The notes: generated from the letters alone by a model not told the origin. Counted from the first letter of the stretch, positions 36,521-46,256 are shown. The stretch: 50,247 nt of DNA from an uncultured Clostridia bacterium (GCA_947305675.1 CAMZED010000002.1:1-50247); one strand, 5' to 3'. Numbers and translations: made by a program.

Positions 36521-38293
36521 ATGGCAGAATTTCTCGGAAGCGAACGCCGCACGCATTATTGCGGCGAATTGAGAGAAGAAAACATAGGGCAGGAAGTCTG
36601 CGTTATGGGCTGGGTCAAAAAACAGCGCGACCTGGGAAGTCTTGTGTTTATCGATCTTCGCGACAGGACCGGCATAGTTCAGCTCGCGTTTGACGAAAAC
36701 AGCGATAAGACCGTGTTTGACCGCGCCCGCGGAGTCGGTAGCGAGTACGTCCTTTCGGCGCGCGGCACCGTGCGCGAACGTTCGAGCAAAAACCCCGATA
36801 TACCCACAGGGAATATCGAAATTTTCGTATCGTCTTTGCGTGTGCTCGGCGAAAGCGCCGTCCCTCCGTTTGAAATAACCGACGACTGCAAGACTTCGGA
36901 AGATATAAGGCTCAAATACCGCTACCTCGACCTCCGCAGGCCGAAACTGCAGCAGAACATCATATTCCGTTCGAAAGTCGCCAAGGCCGTGCGCGATCAT
37001 CTTTACAGCGAGGGATTCATCGAACTCGAAACGCCCATGCTCATTAAAAGCACTCCCGAAGGAGCGCGCGATTATCTCGTTCCTTCGCGCATACACAAAG
37101 GCTCGTTCTACGCGCTTCCGCAGTCGCCTCAGCTTTACAAACAGCTTTCGATGGTCGCCGGGTTCGATAAGTATTTTCAGCTTGCCCGCTGCTTCCGCGA
37201 CGAGGACCTTCGCGCCGACCGTCAGCCGGAGTTCACTCAGATAGATATGGAAATGAGCTTTGTGGATACCGACGACGTGCTCGCCATGGGCGAACGCCTT
37301 GTAAAACACGTTTTCAAAGAATGCCTCGGCGTCGAAATAAACGAACCCATCCCGCGCTATACCTATAAAGAATGTATGGAACGTTTCGGCTCGGACAAGC
37401 CCGATATGCGTTTCGGAATGGAGATCACCGATATTTCCGCGGCGGTAAAAGGCTGCGGGTTCCCGGTTTTCGAAAACGCGCTTGCCGAGGGCGGAAGCGT
37501 CCGCTGCATCAACCTTAAAGGTCAGGCTGAAAAGCTTTCGCGCAAGGATATCGACAAATTGGGCGAATACGCCAAAGGCTGCGGCGCGGCGGGGCTCGCA
37601 TGGGTCAAACGCGGCGAGACCGACAGCGGCTCGTTCCTTAAACATATGTCCGAAGAATATCTTGAAAAGATGTATAAAGCCGCCGATTGCGAAAAAGGCG
37701 ACGTTATACTCATCCTTGCCGACGGCGATTCCGCGCGGCTGCTGCTTCAACTCGGACAACTCAGGGTCGAGGCGGCAAACCGCCTTGATATCCCGCGTGA
37801 AGGGTATAAATTCCTTTGGGTCGTCGAGATGCCTTTCTTTGAATACGACCGCGAATCGGGCGAGTGGCTGGCAATGCATCACCCCTTCACCTCACCGCTC
37901 GACGAATGTGTCGATTATCTCGAAACCGACAAAGCATCGGTCCGCGCAAAGGCATATGACCTTGTACTTAACGGCATCGAGCTTTCCAGCGGCTCCATAA
38001 GGATCACCGATCCGGGGCTTCAGGCGAAGATATTCCGCCTGCTCGGGCTTTCGGACGAAGAGGCTAACGTTAAATTCGGCTATCTTCTCGAAGCGTTCAA
38101 ATACGGCGCGCCTCCCCACGGAGGAATGGCTATCGGGCTCGATAGGCTGGTAATGCAGATGCTCGGCGCCCCGAGCCTGCGCGACGTTGTGGAGTTCCCG
38201 AAGGTCCAGAACGCGAAAGAACTTATGACCGACTGCCCCGCTGAAGTGCCGGAAAAGGCGCTTGACGAACTCGGGATAAGCATTAAAAAATGA
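36521..38293 (+). CDS. aspS: Aspartate--tRNA ligase
   Basis: 590 aa. An N-terminal OB fold, LPQSPQLYKQ, FRDEDLRADRQPEFTQID and GGMAIGLDRL are present. Confidence 0.93.
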   Translation: MAEFLGSERRTHYCGELREENIGQEVCVMGWVKKQRDLGSLVFIDLRDRTGIVQLAFDENSDKTVFDRARGVGSEYVLSARGTVRERSSKNPDIPTGNIEIFVSSLRVLGESAVPPFEITDDCKTSEDIRLKYRYLDLRRPKLQQNIIFRSKVAKAVRDHLYSEGFIELETPMLIKSTPEGARDYLVPSRIHKGSFYALPQSPQLYKQLSMVAGFDKYFQLARCFRDEDLRADRQPEFTQIDMEMSFVDTDDVLAMGERLVKHVFKECLGVEINEPIPRYTYKECMERFGSDKPDMRFGMEITDISAAVKGCGFPVFENALAEGGSVRCINLKGQAEKLSRKDIDKLGEYAKGCGAAGLAWVKRGETDSGSFLKHMSEEYLEKMYKAADCEKGDVILILADGDSARLLLQLGQLRVEAANRLDIPREGYKFLWVVEMPFFEYDRESGEWLAMHHPFTSPLDECVDYLETDKASVRAKAYDLVLNGIELSSGSIRITDPGLQAKIFRLLGLSDEEANVKFGYLLEAFKYGAPPHGGMAIGLDRLVMQMLGAPSLRDVVEFPKVQNAKELMTDCPAEVPEKALDELGISIKK

Positions 38294-39417
38294 GCGGATC
38301 CGCATTTAAAAGAGTCTCCGCTTTGCTGATCGCCGCCGCGGTTTTGCTTATGCCCGGATGCGTCACGGCTCCGGACGGCGAAAAAACTTCGCGGCAGGAA
38401 AACGCTTCTTTCGCTGCGGTATCCGACGCCGAAAGCAAACAGCCGGAATATCGTTCCGAACCGGAACCGTCGGTACCCGAAGAAACCACGCCGGAAATTT
38501 CGGAACCCGAAATTGCAAAATACGAGTTCGATCCGCATCTTTACGTTTCGCTGCTCGCCGATGATATACCTATGGACTACTGGGAAGCGTTTTATAACCT
38601 GTGCGACGCTTTGCGCGCGGGCGAAACATCTTTTGCCTGTAAAAGCGAAGAAGCCTATAACTGGGCTACCTCCCCGGTGACGCTCAACGAGCTGTTCCCG
38701 GCGGCGTGCACGAAAATCACCGGCAAGAGCGGCGACGGCACAAAGCCTTATGAGAACGGAGCCGGCAGGATATATTACCTTATCCCGACGGACGAATACG
38801 TCGAACGCCAGGCAAAGTTCGAAGCGTTTGTCGAAGAAGTGCTGAACACCTGCCTTGAACCCGACGACGGCGATTTCGAAAAGTGTCTCAAACTTTACGA
38901 TTATATGGAATCGAATTATTCCTACGATTACGATTTCGCGGAAGAGATGCCCGACGGAGCGAATTATCTTACGATAATGACGAAAAAAGGCCAATGCATC
39001 GAACTAAGCAGCGTTTACGCCTATTTTCTGCTTCAATCGGGAGTCGAAGCCATCGGCGTGGGATGCACGAACGATAAGATCGCTCACGCCTGGAATTATT
39101 TGGTGATAGACGGAACGGGTTATTTTTCCGATCCGACTTGGGCGTTGAAATCGGAATCGGGCAGGGATGAACTCGATCTGTATTACTTTTTGATGGACGG
39201 CGCGCGCAGAAGCGAATCGGGATGCGACGTCGGCGACGATATGACCGCTCCTCTGCTTCCGAGATACTGGTTCAGCAGTTCGAACACACGCATATCCGCC
39301 GACAGCGACGAATTTTGTTTTCCCTCCGGCGCGGCCCTTGTATCGCTCGACGAGGGAAGCAAGACCGTTCATTATTTATCCGAAGCCACGGAATACGAGC
39401 TTAGTTACGCTGAATAA
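38290..39417 (+). CDS. Lipoprotein with transglutaminase-like cysteine protease core
   Basis: 375 aa. The lipobox is LLMPGC. The Cys-His-Asp core is KGQCIELSSVY ... AHAWNYLVIDG ... SDPTW. An ATGA overlap links it to the aspS stop. Confidence 0.7.
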   Translation: MSGSAFKRVSALLIAAAVLLMPGCVTAPDGEKTSRQENASFAAVSDAESKQPEYRSEPEPSVPEETTPEISEPEIAKYEFDPHLYVSLLADDIPMDYWEAFYNLCDALRAGETSFACKSEEAYNWATSPVTLNELFPAACTKITGKSGDGTKPYENGAGRIYYLIPTDEYVERQAKFEAFVEEVLNTCLEPDDGDFEKCLKLYDYMESNYSYDYDFAEEMPDGANYLTIMTKKGQCIELSSVYAYFLLQSGVEAIGVGCTNDKIAHAWNYLVIDGTGYFSDPTWALKSESGRDELDLYYFLMDGARRSESGCDVGDDMTAPLLPRYWFSSSNTRISADSDEFCFPSGAALVSLDEGSKTVHYLSEATEYELSYAE

Positions 39418-39471
39418 ATTTCTGACCGAATAAAGCCAAAAGCTTATTTCGGGGAAAGGCATAATAAAAAG

Positions 39472-40440
39472 ATGATCGAAATTACCGATGTACGAAAAAG
39501 TTTCGGCGATAAGCACGCCGTCGACGGAATATCGTTCAGAGTCGAAGAAGGCGAAATAATGGGCTTTCTCGGTCCGAACGGCGCCGGTAAAAGCACGACG
39601 CTCAACATTATTACCGGATATCTTTCCGCCGACAGCGGCACCGTCAGGATCGACGGCACCGACATTCTGACCGACCCTCTCAAAGCCAAAAAGGATATCG
39701 GCTTTCTGCCGGAGATACCGCCGCTCTACCTTGAAATGACGGTTATCGAGTATCTCAATTTCGTCTATGATCTCAAGGGGTGCAAGCTCCCGCGCAAACA
39801 GCACCTTAAAGAGATCTGCGAAGTCGTCAAGATCTGGGACGTCGGCAAAAGGCTTATAAAGAACCTTTCAAAAGGCTACCGGCAGCGCGTAGGCATCGCC
39901 CAGGCGCTTATCGGCAACCCGAAGGTGCTTATTTTCGACGAGCCGACGATCGGGCTGGATCCGCGCCAGATCATCGAGATCAGAAACCTTATACGAATGC
40001 TCGGCAAAGAACACACCATCATCCTTTCGACCCATATCCTGCCCGAGGTGCAGGCTGTCTGCGATAAGATAGTGGTCATAAACAAGGGCACGATAGTCGC
40101 AAACGAAAAGACCGAGGACCTTATCAACGCCGTCGACGGCACGCGTAAGCTGATCGCCAAGATAGTCGGCCCGGAAGACGAGGTTTTAAAAACTTTGCGC
40201 TCGCTCGGCGGGATCAAGACCGCGGACTCGATCGGCAAACGGGATACCGACAGCATAAGTTATCTTATCGAATCGCAGGATCGCGTCGATATACGCAAAC
40301 CGCTGTTTTACACGCTCGCTTCAAAGGGATGGCCGCTTATCGGGCTCGAAGGCGTGGAATTAAGCCTGGAAGACATATTTATAAGACTTGTCGGCAAAGA
40401 AAAGCCGGATAACAAAAAGCAAAGGAAGGCGGGGAACTGA
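39472..40440 (+). CDS. ABC transporter ATP-binding protein (ABC-2/GldA-like)
   Basis: 322 aa. Walker A (GPNGAGKST), signature (LSKGYRQR) and Walker B (LIFDEP) are present. Confidence 0.88.
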   Translation: MIEITDVRKSFGDKHAVDGISFRVEEGEIMGFLGPNGAGKSTTLNIITGYLSADSGTVRIDGTDILTDPLKAKKDIGFLPEIPPLYLEMTVIEYLNFVYDLKGCKLPRKQHLKEICEVVKIWDVGKRLIKNLSKGYRQRVGIAQALIGNPKVLIFDEPTIGLDPRQIIEIRNLIRMLGKEHTIILSTHILPEVQAVCDKIVVINKGTIVANEKTEDLINAVDGTRKLIAKIVGPEDEVLKTLRSLGGIKTADSIGKRDTDSISYLIESQDRVDIRKPLFYTLASKGWPLIGLEGVELSLEDIFIRLVGKEKPDNKKQRKAGN

Positions 40441-40442
40441 TT

Positions 40443-41150
40443 ATGGCTGCAATATATCTGCGTGAACTGAAATCCTATTTTCTTACGCCTATCGGCTACA
40501 TTTTCTGCGGTATGTTCCTTGTCGTTTCCGGCCTGGCGTTCGCGCAATGTACTCTGCTTGCCCAATCGACAAGCAGCATCGGCGAATATTTCGTGTGGAT
40601 GATGATAATTTTCGCGGTGCTTATTCCGCTTCTTACAATGAAGCTGTTCTCCGAGGACCGCAAGACCCGCACCGACCAGATCCTGCTCACCAGCCCGGTA
40701 TCGGTTTTCGGGATAGTTATGGGCAAATATCTGGCGGCGCTCACCGTGTTCGCCGCCTCGTTCGTGGTAAACAGTTTTAATTTCGTACTGCTTTACCGTT
40801 ACGGATCGCCCAATTCTCTTTCGATCATCATGAGCATAATCGGCGTGTTCCTGCTCGGCGCGGCGTTTATTGCGATCGGTCTGTTCCTTTCGTCGCTCAC
40901 CGAAAACCAGCTTATCGCCGCCGTCTCCGCAATGGGAGTCAACGCCGCGATGCTGCTTATTTCGCTCGTCGCCAACAACGTCGAAGCCACCGGCCCCCGC
41001 ACGATACTCAAATGGTTCTCGGTTATGGACAGGTTCACCCCGTTCACCAACCAGATGCTCGACGTCTCGGCAATAGTTTATTACCTCAGCCTTGCCGCGA
41101 TATTCCTGTTCCTTACCGACCGCGTTATCGAAAAACGCCGTTGGGCATAA
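40443..41150 (+). CDS. ABC-2 type permease (GldF-like)
   Basis: 235 aa with 6 hydrophobic spans. The N-terminus is YLRELKSYFLTPIGYIF. Confidence 0.75.
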   Translation: MAAIYLRELKSYFLTPIGYIFCGMFLVVSGLAFAQCTLLAQSTSSIGEYFVWMMIIFAVLIPLLTMKLFSEDRKTRTDQILLTSPVSVFGIVMGKYLAALTVFAASFVVNSFNFVLLYRYGSPNSLSIIMSIIGVFLLGAAFIAIGLFLSSLTENQLIAAVSAMGVNAAMLLISLVANNVEATGPRTILKWFSVMDRFTPFTNQMLDVSAIVYYLSLAAIFLFLTDRVIEKRRWA

Positions 41151-41165
41151 GAAAGGAGCGCGAAA

Positions 41166-42680
41166 ATGGATAACAAAAAAACCGCGCGCGACAACCGCAG
41201 ATACAAATACGGATCGCTTTCGATCGTATTCACCGTAGTGTTTATCGCGCTGATAATCGTACTTAACCTTGTGTTCTCGTCGCTTTCGATATCGGGCGAC
41301 CTCACCGTCGACCTCACCGAGGAGGATTTCACCTCGATCGGCGAGGAATCGTTAAGGCTTTTGCGCGATCTCGGCGAAGATCTCGATATTACCATTTATT
41401 TCATGGCGGCGCGCGACGCGTTCGATTCCGACGCCTATAACCACAACGGCGTCAACCTCTATGCGCTTGTGCGCGACACCGCCGAAAACTACGCCCGCGA
41501 ATTCACCGGCGGCGAGGGAAAGGGCAGGGTCCAAGTCGTTTATAAAGAACTCAACACCGATCCGGCGTTCGAAGAAAAAATACTTGAAGAAGCCGCCACA
41601 CAACTCACCCGGGCGAGCGTTATCGTACAGGGCAAATATCACTATCGCGTGCTCGGGCTTCAGGCTTTCTTCGAAGTGACCGAGAACAACGAGTATTATT
41701 CTTACAACGGCGAATACCGCCTTACCACGGCGATGCTCCAAAGCTCCATCTCGGAACCGCAGCTCGTATCGTTCACCGTCGGGCACGGCGAACAGATATC
41801 GGCTTCGCTGCTTCAGCTTTACGTGGGGGCGGGGTTCAGCGCCGACACCGTCAATCTTTCGGAATCGGATATCGATCCCCGCACGACGATAATCGTCTGC
41901 TCCGATCCTCAGACCGATTTCAGCTATGCCGAGATCGACAAACTGAACAAATATATGAACACATACAAATCGTTCACCGTAATGGTCGATTCCGCCACCC
42001 CGACGCTGCCGAACCTTCAATCCTTCCTCAACGACGGATGGGGCATCAACTATCGCCCGCAGTACCGTGTGAGTGACGACGTACACTCTCTCGACGGCGA
42101 CAGGTATAACATCAACGCGAAATATCCGCAGGTCGCTTCCGACAGCACCTCTTCAATGGCGTCATACCAGATATTCAAAACAGTTGCGGATATGGGCGGC
42201 ATAATAACCACGTCGCTCCCGCAGTGCGTCGAACTTTCGGTCCGCCCGGGGATAACCCAGGATAACTTTACCATCGAAAACGTGCTCACGTCTTACGAGA
42301 CGGCTTCTTCCGCCACCGCCTCGGGCGAGCAGGGGACTTCCGGCGAAATGCCGATCGCTCTGCTCTCCACCCGCAGCGCCTACGGTGAAAACAACGTCCG
42401 CAGATTTGCATACGTAATGCTTATCGGCAGTACCGAGTTCGCAAGCGATTCCAACCTCGCCGCCTCGCAGCGCGGCAACCGCCGTATTGCGCTCGCGGCG
42501 GCAAGGGTGTTCGGTTCGCAGCTGCTCGCGCCGGATATCGATTCCAAACCGTTCGGTTCCACCGCGCTCGATATCGAGACCGGCACCGCCAACACGCTCA
42601 CCTGGCTTATCTGCACGATCGTTCCCGGGATAGTCCTTATCCTGGGCATAGTGATGTTCTTCCGCAGAAGGCATTTGTAA
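41166..42680 (+). CDS. GldG-like ABC-transporter auxiliary protein
   Basis: 504 aa. TM segments at the N- and C-termini flank a large extracytoplasmic domain. The position after the GldA/F-like genes fits the family. Confidence 0.65.
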   Translation: MDNKKTARDNRRYKYGSLSIVFTVVFIALIIVLNLVFSSLSISGDLTVDLTEEDFTSIGEESLRLLRDLGEDLDITIYFMAARDAFDSDAYNHNGVNLYALVRDTAENYAREFTGGEGKGRVQVVYKELNTDPAFEEKILEEAATQLTRASVIVQGKYHYRVLGLQAFFEVTENNEYYSYNGEYRLTTAMLQSSISEPQLVSFTVGHGEQISASLLQLYVGAGFSADTVNLSESDIDPRTTIIVCSDPQTDFSYAEIDKLNKYMNTYKSFTVMVDSATPTLPNLQSFLNDGWGINYRPQYRVSDDVHSLDGDRYNINAKYPQVASDSTSSMASYQIFKTVADMGGIITTSLPQCVELSVRPGITQDNFTIENVLTSYETASSATASGEQGTSGEMPIALLSTRSAYGENNVRRFAYVMLIGSTEFASDSNLAASQRGNRRIALAAARVFGSQLLAPDIDSKPFGSTALDIETGTANTLTWLICTIVPGIVLILGIVMFFRRRHL

Positions 42681-42701
42681 AGATCACGGAGTGATGACCC
42701 G

Positions 42702-45146
42702 ATGAAAAAACAGATCATAACTATCGCGGCGGTCGCAGTGATCGCGGTCCTGCTTTTCGCCGTTTATACGCTTTTTATCAAAGACAGCGGGATCGATGAG
42801 GCCGTAGACGTGACTTATGCGCTTTCCGACCCGGTGAAAAGCGCGATCGGCGATATCGGCAGGACAGAACTTACCCTGCGCGGATACGACGTCGACGACG
42901 ACGGCTGGCTTATGATCCGCCGTTCGGCGCTTCAGTTTTCCGCCGCTAACGGAAATATCAAAGTCTCGGACAGCTCTTCCGGCGGCGAACCGGGAGTCGA
43001 AGTCGTTTCCGGCGGGAATAGCGGGTTTATCCCATACGGCTCGTTTTTCAAACGCCTTTACGACGGCACTCTTTACGGTTTCGACGGCGAGGCTCTTATC
43101 GCCAACGCCATCCTTAAATCCAACGGCAGGGAAGAACTCGAAGTAGCTGTGCACGCAATGGAAGGATACGATTCCGACGGCGACACGGTCACCGCCACGG
43201 GATTGCCTTTTATCTTCCCATCGCTTGACAGGAACGGGATCGCCTACCTCACCGTGCATAATTCCCACGGCGATTATTCTGTCTATCAGGAAAACGGAAC
43301 CTTTTATTACGGCGCTTCACGCGTGGCTCAGTTCGACGCCGAACAGTTTTCGATGGTAACGACGAACTGCCGGTACGCCATTGCCTCCTACGGCAAAATG
43401 CGCATTCCCGACGGCAAGACTTGGGAAGATTACGGCTTGGGTACCGATTCACCCGCTACGGCTTCCTACACCATCGTCACTACTCCGGCAAGTGACAAAA
43501 GTTACCTTGTCCACACCGTTTACATCGGCAAAAAAGCGGCGGCGGGAAGCTATTACTACGCCCGGTACAGCGGCGGCAGGTTCGTGCCCGACGAGAGCGA
43601 CCCCGAGCAGGACAAGCTTGTCGCAAACCTCAGCAAAGATATAATTTATTATTTCCCGGTCGGATCGGTCGAAGGCTCGATCGACAGCCCCGGTACGATA
43701 ATGCTGAGCAAAGCGCTTGTGACCGAAATAAGCGAGACCGGCGCGCTGTTAAGCATTGACAACGTAAAGATAGAATATCTTAACGAGGGCATCAAGGCGC
43801 TTGTAAAGAACCTTTCGGCTTTCAACGCCGCGCCCAACCTTGCGCTTAAGGATACCTCGGCGATCTCGACCGTGATACTCGATAAAAAACACGCCGCCGA
43901 TTACTCTTCCTATGAGGGCGGATGGCTTGCGAACACCGGCGTGTTCGGCGGCTTCACCAGCAATGACGGAAAGCCGACGTATATCGAGGGCGCGCTTGCA
44001 AAATATGCCGCCGACGGTAAATACAGCCTTAAGTTCGGGCTCCTGCGCGACGACGCAAACGGCGCTCTGCTCCCCAAAAAGTTCACGGTATCGACTTCTT
44101 ACGACGGAGTGAATTATTTTGAACTGAGCGAACAGATAATCCCCGCGCAGGATGACAAAACTCTTAAAGAGTATTCCGTCGCTTTCGAAAGCGGAGACAG
44201 GATCCGCTATGTCCGCGTAGCTTTCGACGTGCCTCAGGTGGTAAACAGCTACGTCGTGTTCGACGAGATCCGTATTTATGCCGACGGCGACGACGCGCAG
44301 CCCACCGATTCGACTTCCGGCATCTGGCGCCTCGTCTATCCCGACACCTATATACCCGAGGGCAGGAACTTCGCATACCTCGATATGAACAATTTCAACA
44401 ACTTTGTTCAGGAAGCCGCCGTCCTCAACGGTGAAAGCGTGGCTTATTGCGGAATAAGCGCCGACGGCGACGCCAACAAACTTAAATCCGACGTGCTGGA
44501 ACAGTTCGGATTGCTCGAACCCGATAAACACTTTTCCTATACTTATCAGGGAGTCACTTTCGATATCTATGTTTCGCTCCCGACGGACGAAGGAGTTTAT
44601 TACGCTTATTCCACCGTAAAAGGCGATTATGAGGGCAGAAGCATATTTTACACCTGCGATATAATCGTTGCGCTCACCGCCGAAACCGCCGGGTGGCTGG
44701 AATGGGATTTCTTCGAGTTCCTCGACCATTACCTTGTATCGATGTATATTGTCGAGATGGAAGATATGACCATCTCGTTCGACGGAGTGGATTATAAGTT
44801 CATACTCACCGCCGACGAAGACCGTTCGGATATAATCGACGTCTCTTATAACGGCAAGAGCCTTGACGTCCGCAGTTTCAAATATCTCTATCAATCGATA
44901 CTCAGCATTTATCTTCAGGATGAATATATTCCTGAACCCGGCGAGATCGGCGAGGAATATCTCAGAATAAAGATTACCTCCGAGACCAGATCGCCCGAGA
45001 TAGTGTTTTACCGTGTTTCGTCGACAAAATGCTTCTTCACCGTCGATGGAGAGGGAAGCTATTACGCGCTCGCGCAGAAGGTGAATATCGTGCGCGACCG
45101 TGTCGGCGAATATATCAACGGCGCGATCTTCACAAGCGCGTCATGA
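42702..45146 (+). CDS. Large membrane-anchored protein (DUF4340-like position) with an embedded discoidin-like domain
   Basis: 814 aa with an N-terminal TM segment (IITIAAVAVIAVLLFAVYTLF). The internal segment FTVSTSYDGVNYFELS ... IRYVRVAFDV ... VFDEIRIYADG is F5/8 type C-like. The DUF4340 call rests on gene order only. Confidence 0.5.
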   Translation: MKKQIITIAAVAVIAVLLFAVYTLFIKDSGIDEAVDVTYALSDPVKSAIGDIGRTELTLRGYDVDDDGWLMIRRSALQFSAANGNIKVSDSSSGGEPGVEVVSGGNSGFIPYGSFFKRLYDGTLYGFDGEALIANAILKSNGREELEVAVHAMEGYDSDGDTVTATGLPFIFPSLDRNGIAYLTVHNSHGDYSVYQENGTFYYGASRVAQFDAEQFSMVTTNCRYAIASYGKMRIPDGKTWEDYGLGTDSPATASYTIVTTPASDKSYLVHTVYIGKKAAAGSYYYARYSGGRFVPDESDPEQDKLVANLSKDIIYYFPVGSVEGSIDSPGTIMLSKALVTEISETGALLSIDNVKIEYLNEGIKALVKNLSAFNAAPNLALKDTSAISTVILDKKHAADYSSYEGGWLANTGVFGGFTSNDGKPTYIEGALAKYAADGKYSLKFGLLRDDANGALLPKKFTVSTSYDGVNYFELSEQIIPAQDDKTLKEYSVAFESGDRIRYVRVAFDVPQVVNSYVVFDEIRIYADGDDAQPTDSTSGIWRLVYPDTYIPEGRNFAYLDMNNFNNFVQEAAVLNGESVAYCGISADGDANKLKSDVLEQFGLLEPDKHFSYTYQGVTFDIYVSLPTDEGVYYAYSTVKGDYEGRSIFYTCDIIVALTAETAGWLEWDFFEFLDHYLVSMYIVEMEDMTISFDGVDYKFILTADEDRSDIIDVSYNGKSLDVRSFKYLYQSILSIYLQDEYIPEPGEIGEEYLRIKITSETRSPEIVFYRVSSTKCFFTVDGEGSYYALAQKVNIVRDRVGEYINGAIFTSAS

Positions 45147-45898
45147 GGCGTCTGGCGGTTTTGGCGCTCGCGGCTGTCTTGCTGCTCTGCGCCTGCGGCG
45201 AAAACACACAGCCGATCGCCGGGGAAATTGAACGCGCCGTCGGAACGCTTGCCGCGAAGACCGCTTTCGGCGGCGATTATCTGCTTGAAATAAGCGTTTC
45301 CGGCGAATCGAAAACCACGCTGTATTACGCAAAAGGCGTTTTCGGCAGGGACAGCGCCGCAAAAACCGCATATACCTCGTTCGACCAGAGCTGGTTCGGT
45401 ATGTCCGCCGTGTCCGAGAATTATTATTCCGACGGCAGGATAATAAGTATAAACGACGGCGAAGTCATCACCGCGGAACGCGAACCCGACGACGTGTTTC
45501 TTAAATTCCCCTATTCCGTGCCCGAAGGTTACGGCTCTTCCTGCCGCGGCTTGTCTGCCGAGCCAAACACGCGCGGCAAGGCGGTAACGTTTACGCGCGG
45601 CGGCAGCAGCGAGTTCTGCGAGAGCGTCGTCGGAGGCGATCTTTATACGCTCGCATACGTGATAAAAGATCCTCAGCCCGAAAAAACGGTTTACGGCGAC
45701 GTAAAATGCATTTATACCCTGTCCGGCGGCGAACTGATTTCGGCGGGATACGAATTCGACGTGACGCTGTTCGACACTCCGTCCTACGTTCCGGGATACA
45801 GCCAGCCGGAGGAGGATTATTCGATAAAACTGCACGTCGTCGCAAAAGTTAATTATTCCGACGAATACGAAATAAAGGAATATTCCGGAGAAGAATAA
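45143..45898 (+). CDS. Hypothetical lipoprotein
   Basis: The preferred start is the ATG at 45143 (MRRLAVLALAAVLLLCAC lipobox), which makes an ATGA overlap with the upstream stop. The earlier part of the track ORF starting at 45029 overlaps the 814-aa gene. Confidence 0.65.
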   Translation: MRRLAVLALAAVLLLCACGENTQPIAGEIERAVGTLAAKTAFGGDYLLEISVSGESKTTLYYAKGVFGRDSAAKTAYTSFDQSWFGMSAVSENYYSDGRIISINDGEVITAEREPDDVFLKFPYSVPEGYGSSCRGLSAEPNTRGKAVTFTRGGSSEFCESVVGGDLYTLAYVIKDPQPEKTVYGDVKCIYTLSGGELISAGYEFDVTLFDTPSYVPGYSQPEEDYSIKLHVVAKVNYSDEYEIKEYSGEE

Positions 45899-45941
45899 CG
45901 GTTCTTTGTCAATAGTTGGGGTAAAGAATCAAGAGAAAAAA

Positions 45942-45981
45942 ACAGCAAGCAGACGTCACCAAACGGCTGCTTGCTGTTTTT
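45942..45981 (+). terminator. Rho-independent terminator of the ABC/lipoprotein operon
   Basis: The hairpin is acagcaagcag ... ctgcttgctgt, followed by tttt. Confidence 0.75.
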
Positions 45982-46065
45982 GCAGCCGTAAGCGCTGCGC
46001 TTAAGGACTTTTATCTTGTTGCCGCGGCCCTCGGCGAAACCGTTGGTGACCGGGGTGAAGAAAGG
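45975..46065 (-). mobile_element. Relic of an ISL3-family transposase C-terminus
   Basis: The minus-strand translation ...PVTNGFAEGRGNKIKVLKRSAYGCKN... matches the ISL3 C-terminal signature (S/T)NGxxEGxNxKIKxxKRxxYG. No intact ORF and no inverted repeats were identified. Confidence 0.5.
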
Positions 46066-46103
46066 ATTAAGGTTATTATTTAATAAAAGGGCAACGCCCG
46101 AGG

Positions 46104-46132
46104 TTGACAATTTTTTTAACAAGTGCTATCAT
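46104..46132 (+). promoter_or_regulatory. Sigma-A promoter (extended -10) for cstA
   Basis: TTGACA, a 17-nt spacer and TATCAT preceded by TGc. A GC-rich leader of about 120 nt follows. Confidence 0.6.
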
Positions 46133-46256
46133 TTATAATGCGCCGGAGCGTTCGTGCCGGCTTTACCGGAATAAGGTCCGCGGTCAATGAAAAGGCGGGC
46201 GGCGGCACAGCCGGGCTTTCGGTTCGCGGCGCAAATAAATGCAAAGGCGGCATTAT

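Noticed and set aside
34970-37882. A 970-aa ORF on the minus strand, opposite hisS and aspS.
   Set aside because: It is antisense to two unmistakable tRNA synthetase genes. The translation is Arg/Ala/Phe-rich low complexity with no motifs, a typical high-GC antisense frame artefact.
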